A stretch of DNA of 14,294 nucleotides. Source: Sandaracinaceae bacterium (GTDB lineage Bacteria; Myxococcota_A; Polyangia; Polyangiales; Sandaracinaceae). A program made the position numbers and the translations under genes. Location: positions 10,866 to 25,159 of the forward strand of contig JBGAQA010000007.1 in assembly GCA_044220955.1 (NCBI GenBank). Reading direction: 5' to 3'. This document shows positions 7,238 through 14,294 of this stretch, piece by piece. The first letter of the stretch is position 1. Every line of letters starts with the position of its first letter. The notes under the pieces are model-generated. The model was given only the letters and a program-made list of their open reading frames with translations. It was not told where the DNA came from and did not search any database.

Positions 7238-8152
7238 TTGCCGCTCCTGCTCACCATCCCGTGGTTCCAGGCCGAGGCCTGGGTCATCCCGCTTCCGTCC
7301 ATCGCGCCGATCACGATCCTCGGGTTCACGATCGACTTCCCGCCCGACGTGCAGGTCCACCCGTTCGGGATCCTCGTGGCCGCGGGCGTGATCCTCGGCG
7401 CGTTCGTCGCCGAGCGTCGTGCGCGGCGCGTGGGCCTCGAGCCCATGGCCGTCTCGGGCCTGAGCGGCCACGTCATCGTCGCCGGCTTCGTGGTCGGCCA
7501 CGTGTTCGACGCGCTCGCGTACCACCCCGACGTCGTGCGCGAGCGTCCCTGGTTCGTGCTCGAGATCTGGAACGGCCTCTCTTCCTTCGGCGGCTTCCTC
7601 GGTGCGATCGTGGGCGCGCTGGTCTGGATGCGCCGCCACGGCCTCGGCCTGGTGGCGATTCGCTACGCGTCCGATCCGATCGCGTTCTCGTTCCCGTTCG
7701 GCTGGCTCTTCGGACGCATCGGGTGCTTCCTCACGCACGACCACCCCGGACGCGTGACGATGTTCCCGCTCGGTGTCGCCGACTACGAGGTCGGCTATCC
7801 GCCCTACCAGGTGCGCCACGACCTCGGGCTCTACGAGGTGCTCTGGTGCCTCGCGATGATCCCGCTCTTCCTCGTCCTCGGACGGCGCGCGCGGCCGCGT
7901 GGCTTCTTCCTCGGCCTGCTTCCCGTGCTCTACGCGCCCATCCGCTTCGGGCTCGACTTCCTGCGCGCGACCGACCTCGACACGAGCGACCCGCGCTACC
8001 TCGGCCTCACGCCGGGCCACTACGCGGCGGTCGTGCTCTTCGTGCTCGGCGCGATGGTGCTCTTCCGCACGTGGCGCGACCCCTGGCCGGCCGTGGACGG
8101 GAGCCTCGCGCTGCGATCGCCCGTGGCGGTCGCCGACGACGCGACGGCGTAG
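7238..8152 (+). CDS. lgt: Prolipoprotein diacylglyceryl transferase family protein (divergent Lgt)
   Basis: C-terminal part of ORF 6263..8152; likely TTG start 8 nt after the dsbD stop (start uncertain). Motifs GLSSFGG, GRIGCF, RHDLGLYE, YxxxRFGLDFLR; multiple TM helices. Confidence 0.85.
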   Translation: MPLLLTIPWFQAEAWVIPLPSIAPITILGFTIDFPPDVQVHPFGILVAAGVILGAFVAERRARRVGLEPMAVSGLSGHVIVAGFVVGHVFDALAYHPDVVRERPWFVLEIWNGLSSFGGFLGAIVGALVWMRRHGLGLVAIRYASDPIAFSFPFGWLFGRIGCFLTHDHPGRVTMFPLGVADYEVGYPPYQVRHDLGLYEVLWCLAMIPLFLVLGRRARPRGFFLGLLPVLYAPIRFGLDFLRATDLDTSDPRYLGLTPGHYAAVVLFVLGAMVLFRTWRDPWPAVDGSLALRSPVAVADDATA

Positions 8153-8287
8153 CCCGCCCGCGGGCGAGGGCTGGACGCGTGGCGCGAGCTCGAAGATCAT
8201 CGGCTCACGACGGGTCGCGAATCGACGGAAGGTGCTCTCGGCCCGCGGCGGCCCGTCGCGCGTGACGTCGACGATCCCCGGAGGCTC

Positions 8288-9844
8288 ATGAAGCGCGTGC
8301 TCTCGGTCGCTCTCTTGCTGCTCGCGTGCACGACCCCGCGCACCCAGCTGGTGCCGGTCGTCGACTCGGATCTCGCACCCGCTCAGATCCAGTGCGTGCT
8401 CGCCGAGGCATCGCGCGTCGTGCCCGGCGGTGGGTTCATGCCGATCGACTCGCCGCACCTCTTCTACGTGCACCGGACGGGCCTGCCCGCGGTCGAGCTG
8501 CCCTTCTCGTTCGGTCTCTTGCCGCCCGGTGACGACGCGAGTGCCCGCATCGAGCTGCACGTCGCCGCCCTCTCGACGTGTGACGAGACGATGCCGGCCG
8601 CCCGGACGGTGACCCGCACGGTGCGTGCCGGGTTCGTGCGGGGTCAGCGGCTCGTGCTTCCCATCTTCCTCTCGGCGCGCTGCACCGGCGTGACGTGCGA
8701 TGCGACGAGCACGTGCGAGGACGGGGCGTGCGTCCCGATCCCCGAGGTGGACCCCGCGACGCTCACGCCGATCGCGCACGACGGAGACGAGCTCTCCGAT
8801 GCCGGCGCGGTCCTGCGCGACGCGGGCGGAACGGACGTCGGCGCGGGGACGGACTCGGCCATCGTGCTGCCCGACGCCGGCAGCACGTCGTGCGCGTACA
8901 CGACGAGCAACAACTTCACCGGCGGCAGCTCGATGGCCGCCGCGGAGGTGTCGATCGCGGCCTCGGGCACGAGGACGTTCTTCGGGCTCGTCTCGGGATC
9001 GGGCGCCACCGCGCAGGTCCGCTTCACGGACGGTGGCGGTGGCAGCACGGCGCTCGGCGGCTTCTTCGGGGTGAACGGAGGGCCGATCGACTGCGGGATC
9101 ACCTCGACGGGCTCGCTCATGGGGAGCCTCACGGTGGCGGGCGCGCGCCGGCTGGCGTTCACGAGCATGACCGTCATGCCGGGCCGATCGTCGGGCGGAC
9201 CCGAGCACGTGGTCGACGACGGCTCGACGTTCCACGTGCTTCTCGGCGGAGCGACCCTCTCGGTGCTCACCTTCGGATCGAACGGAGCCGCGATGGGCAC
9301 GAGCGACATCGGAGCGTTCTCGGCGGGGACGGGCATGCTCCGGAGGCACTCGCGCGGTGCCCTCGTGTCGTACCGAAGCGGCGGGGCCTGCACGGTCGCG
9401 GTCTGGGACCGTGCGACGGGCGTCGCGTCGTCGCTCTCGATCCCCGGCTGCGGGATGGCGGACGCGGGCGAGCTCGGTGACGGTCGCATCGCCGTCGCGT
9501 GGCAGGACGCGACGACGTTCACGCTCGGCACGGCGATCGCGGACGCGGCGCTCACGGGTCTCGGGGCGAGCACGGCGCTCGACTCGACTCAGACGGCGCT
9601 CGCGTCGTTCGCCGTGACGCCGAGCGCGGCCGGCGGAGCGTACCGCGTCACCTGGGCCGATCTCACACCGCCCGAGGTCATCCGCAGCGTGCGCATCGGC
9701 GCGACGCCGGCCACCGAGTGCATCGCCGTCGCGGGCGACACGATCGCGGGCTATCGGATGATGCGCGCCGACCACGCCGGCACGAACACGGTCGTGGTCT
9801 GGGGCTCCGGCAACGGCTCCGCGTGGGTGCAGCTGCCCGACTGA
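8288..9844 (+). CDS. Large Cys-rich lipoprotein of unknown function
   Basis: 518 aa; MKRVLSVALLLLA-C lipobox, GGAGG just upstream, CxxxxCxxxxxCxxGxC module, DAG-repeat linker, Gly/Ser/Thr-rich beta-type C-terminal region. Confidence 0.85.
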   Translation: MKRVLSVALLLLACTTPRTQLVPVVDSDLAPAQIQCVLAEASRVVPGGGFMPIDSPHLFYVHRTGLPAVELPFSFGLLPPGDDASARIELHVAALSTCDETMPAARTVTRTVRAGFVRGQRLVLPIFLSARCTGVTCDATSTCEDGACVPIPEVDPATLTPIAHDGDELSDAGAVLRDAGGTDVGAGTDSAIVLPDAGSTSCAYTTSNNFTGGSSMAAAEVSIAASGTRTFFGLVSGSGATAQVRFTDGGGGSTALGGFFGVNGGPIDCGITSTGSLMGSLTVAGARRLAFTSMTVMPGRSSGGPEHVVDDGSTFHVLLGGATLSVLTFGSNGAAMGTSDIGAFSAGTGMLRRHSRGALVSYRSGGACTVAVWDRATGVASSLSIPGCGMADAGELGDGRIAVAWQDATTFTLGTAIADAALTGLGASTALDSTQTALASFAVTPSAAGGAYRVTWADLTPPEVIRSVRIGATPATECIAVAGDTIAGYRMMRADHAGTNTVVVWGSGNGSAWVQLPD

Positions 9845-9879
9845 AGCGCGGGCCGCCGTCGGCGGCGCCGGTGCTCTGC

Positions 9880-10227
9880 TCACCAGCGGAGCAGCGCGTA
9901 CCCGAAGAGACCGAGCGAGAAGCTCACCATGTTGGCGGCGAGCGACCAGAGGAACGGGCGGCGCACGCCGAAGCCGGCGAGCCAGAGCGTCTCGACGAGC
10001 ACCGCGTACGTCTCGGCGATGCCGACGGTCGGCCACCACGCCAGGCCGAAGGACTGCGTCACGTCCGGGATGACGTACCAGACGATCGGGTGCGTGATCG
10101 CGCTCGCGCCGAGGCCGATCGCGAGCCGCTCGCGGAGCGGACGGCCGGGCAGCGACTGCACGTAGATGCCCGTCTCCACCACCTCGGTGAAGACGAACGC
10201 CCAGAGCCAGCGGAGCGCGAAGTCCAC
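9880..10227 (-). CDS. Small hypothetical membrane protein (about 4 TM)
   Basis: 115 aa, hydrophobic with TExxE, THP, ExxxxxxE and AN motifs; TAGTCT (10242-10237) 9 nt before the GTG. Confidence 0.8.
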   Translation of the reverse strand: MDFALRWLWAFVFTEVVETGIYVQSLPGRPLRERLAIGLGASAITHPIVWYVIPDVTQSFGLAWWPTVGIAETYAVLVETLWLAGFGVRRPFLWSLAANMVSFSLGLFGYALLRW

Positions 10228-10285
10228 GCCGGCGGGAGACTACCCCGTCGCGCCGCGAAAACGGACGCGGCCCAGCCTCGGCTCC

Positions 10286-10507
10286 TCACTCCGATTCGTC
10301 GACCGTCTTGCGGAGGTGGCGCGAGTAGCGCTCGGGGTGCTCCAGCACCGAGCGCGTGAGCTGGTCGTGACGCGTTCTTGCCGCCCCCGCTGGAGGGCAG
10401 ACGGACGTCGCGGCGGAGCGCACGTCGTAGGGCTCGCGCCGCCAGGCCCGCACGACGCCCTCGACGAGCGTGAGAAGCAGCACCCCCGAGGCCGCGAGCA
10501 GCTGCAC
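10286..10507 (-). CDS. 73-aa small protein with a hydrophobic N-terminus
   Basis: C-terminal part of ORF 10286..10843. GTG at 10507 is preceded by TATCCT at 6 nt; most third positions are G/C; fills an otherwise empty 420-bp gap. Confidence 0.6.
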   Translation of the reverse strand: MQLLAASGVLLLTLVEGVVRAWRREPYDVRSAATSVCPPAGAARTRHDQLTRSVLEHPERYSRHLRKTVDESE

Positions 10508-10565
10508 CCGCGCAGGATAGCGGCCCGGCCGGCCGGGGCGCCCAGCATTTCTCGTACCGATCGGG

Positions 10566-10593
10566 TTGACCGGGGTGGGCACATGATTAGTTT
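10566..10593 (+). promoter_or_regulatory. sigma70-family promoter for dnaK
   Basis: TTGACC (10566-10571), 16 nt, TAGTTT (10588-10593); SD-like AGAAGGA (10632-10638) upstream of ATG 10650. Confidence 0.55.
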
Positions 10594-10649
10594 CCGCCTC
10601 GGTCCTCGGCTGACCTGAAGGTCGGCGGGACAGAAGGAACACCAAGCAC

Positions 10650-12560
<1,911 letters not shown>

Positions 12561-12589
12561 CGCCGTTCCGGGCGAGCCGGCGAGTGAGA

Positions 12590-12630
12590 CGAGGGCGCGT
12601 GGCCTCCGGGTCGCGCGCCCTCGGCCTTTT
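12590..12630 (+). terminator. Intrinsic terminator after dnaK
   Basis: CGAGGGCGCGTGGCC-TCCG-GGTCGCGCGCCCTCG: 15-bp stem (two G-U pairs), 4-nt loop, then GCCTTTT. Confidence 0.75.
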
Positions 12631-12645
12631 CGCTATGGTCCGCCG

Positions 12646-14294
12646 ATGCTTGCTCGCGCAACGGTAGCCGCCTGCCTCCTCTCCGCCTCGCTCGTCGCCT
12701 GTGACGGCGCCGCCGCGCCCGTCGACGCGGCCGTCGCTCCGGACGAGGGCATGGACGGCGGGAGCGACGCCGGACCGAGCGCGCCCGACTTCTGCGCGGA
12801 GCTGTCGATCCCGCACATCCCGTTCGCGGTCGGCGCGGCCGGCACGCGCTTCGGCGACCTCGCGGCCGACTTCACGGTCCACGGCTCCGACGGCACCACG
12901 TGGAACCTCCGCGAGCAGTGGTCGGGATGCGAGAGCTACGTGTTCTTCGTGAACCTTCCGGGCGTGAACGACGCGCTCTTCGACACCGACTTCGACATGC
13001 TCTTCACGGACGGCCCGCGCAACGTCCAGTACTTCTTCGTCACGGACGACAACGACCCGGCCGCTCGCGACGCGTTCGTCGCCGCGCAGGCCTCGCGACT
13101 CGAGGGTGCGTTCTCGTTCCAGAGCACCCCCGAGGATCAGCGCGCGTTCTGGCGGACGCGCTTCCACTTCCTCACCGACGAGGCGACCGCGATCGACGGA
13201 AGCGTCGGCGCGATGCTCACCGCGTACATCGCCTACGCACGCATGGCGTCGTCGGCCGTCGACGTCGGCGGCGGACGAGGCCGCGCGTATCCCCCGGCCC
13301 CGAGCGCCTTCGGGATCGATCGCGCGCAGCACTTCGACGCAGCCGACAGCCTGAACCCCTCCGTCGGACAGCCCGAGAACCTCGGGATGGGCGCCTTTCT
13401 CGGCCACTTCTACAACTACCGCGCGGCGCTCGAGTCGCGCCTCTCGAGCGAAGCGGGCAGCACGACGATCGTCTCGCTCGTGGATACGACCACGACCACG
13501 CGCACCTTCATGCAGACCGTGACGCTCCCGGACGCGGCGACGATGGCGACCTTCGATTCGCTCGAGATCGACGCGGTGGTGGACTGTCAGGCGCAGAACC
13601 CCTTCGCGTGCTCCGAGTGGGATCGCATCGCCGACGTCCAGCTCTGCCTGGACGGCGCCGCGTGCACCAATCGCCGCGAGATCGGCCGCTGGATCACACC
13701 GTACTGGCGTCGTGGGCGCCAGCACTACGCGCTCGATGCATCGGCGTTCCTCGGCCTGCTGCGCACCGGCGGCGCGACGACCTTCTTCGTCGAGCTCGGC
13801 CCCGACTGGGAGCGGGCGACCGAGTGGCACGCGTCGGTCTCGCTCCGCCTCCGCCACGCGGGCGGCGTCCCGAGTGCCAGCGGCGCCGAGCGTGCGTTCA
13901 CCGGCGGCACGTTCGACGGCAGCTACAACAGCGCGCACACGCCCTACACGTTCACGCCCCCGGCGGGCACGACGCGCGTCGAGCTCGTCACGCTCCTGAC
14001 GGGGCACGGGCAGGACGGCACGACCAACTGCTCCGAGTGGTGCGACCACCGCCACACCTTCTCGATCAACGGGACGGCCCTGCCGACGATCGCGCACACC
14101 GGCCTCATCGGCAGCGCGCTCGGCTGCGGGAGGCACGCGCGCGACGGCGCGATCCCCGGGCAGCTCGGCAACTGGGCGCCCGAGCGCGCGTACTGGTGCC
14201 CCGGGCTCGCCGTCGAGCCGATCCGCGTCGACATCACGAGCCTGGTGACGATCGGCGCGCCGAACATGGTCGGCTACGCGGGAAGCCTCGGCGC
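12646..14294 (+). CDS. Peptide-N-glycosidase F (PNGase F) family lipoprotein, partial (runs off the right edge; not in ORF track)
   Basis: Manual translation from ATG 12646 is open for 549 codons: MLARATVAACLLSASLVA-C lipobox; CSEWDRIA (13609-13632), EIGRWITPYW (13678-13707), TGHG (13999-14010), CSEWC (14029-14043), GNWAPERAYWCPG (14167-14205). TATGGT (12634-12639) lies 6 nt before the ATG. Confidence 0.88.
   Translation, partial: MLARATVAACLLSASLVACDGAAAPVDAAVAPDEGMDGGSDAGPSAPDFCAELSIPHIPFAVGAAGTRFGDLAADFTVHGSDGTTWNLREQWSGCESYVFFVNLPGVNDALFDTDFDMLFTDGPRNVQYFFVTDDNDPAARDAFVAAQASRLEGAFSFQSTPEDQRAFWRTRFHFLTDEATAIDGSVGAMLTAYIAYARMASSAVDVGGGRGRAYPPAPSAFGIDRAQHFDAADSLNPSVGQPENLGMGAFLGHFYNYRAALESRLSSEAGSTTIVSLVDTTTTTRTFMQTVTLPDAATMATFDSLEIDAVVDCQAQNPFACSEWDRIADVQLCLDGAACTNRREIGRWITPYWRRGRQHYALDASAFLGLLRTGGATTFFVELGPDWERATEWHASVSLRLRHAGGVPSASGAERAFTGGTFDGSYNSAHTPYTFTPPAGTTRVELVTLLTGHGQDGTTNCSEWCDHRHTFSINGTALPTIAHTGLIGSALGCGRHARDGAIPGQLGNWAPERAYWCPGLAVEPIRVDITSLVTIGAPNMVGYAGSLG

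Noticed and set aside
8151..8260. GC-rich inverted repeats after lgt (AGCCC..GGGCT at 8151-8172; CGACGGGTCGC/GCGGCCCGTCG) as terminator or ncRNA
   Set aside because: No U-tract, imperfect stems, and such pairings arise easily at this GC content; no known RNA family recognised.

Overview
High-GC (roughly 70%, by eye) bacterial chromosomal segment. The gene content (DAG-linker and Cys-rich lipoproteins, a TIGR02265/DUF2378-like protein, a divergent Lgt, a stand-alone dnaK) suggests a myxobacterium (Polyangiales-like); this is inference. I support 14 CDSs: a partial Cys-rich lipoprotein (<1..356, -), kbl, a DUF2378-like protein, a benzoate-CoA ligase family enzyme, a Gly/Tyr-repeat lipoprotein, a membrane protein, an orphan amino-methyltransferase, a DsbD-like (beta+gamma) protein, a divergent Lgt, a large Cys-rich lipoprotein, a small membrane protein, a 73-aa small protein, dnaK, and a partial PNGase F-family lipoprotein (12646..>14294). 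Three of these (both window-edge genes and the 73-aa gene) are not called as such in the ORF track. No rRNA, tRNA, CRISPR array, transposase or phage gene was seen. The most striking unexplained pattern is regulatory: 8 genes have a TANNNT hexamer (a ninth has CANNNT plus a good -35) only 6-9 nt before the start codon and no Shine-Dalgarno, implying pervasive leaderless mRNAs. Also notable are a sigma-54-type promoter on the Gly/Tyr-repeat lipoprotein, a dsbD-lgt pair whose Lgt lacks the conserved His, overlapping bidirectional -10 boxes, and a BoxC-like intergenic repeat. I do not see an unambiguous new multi-gene system; the best candidates are given as testable hypotheses.
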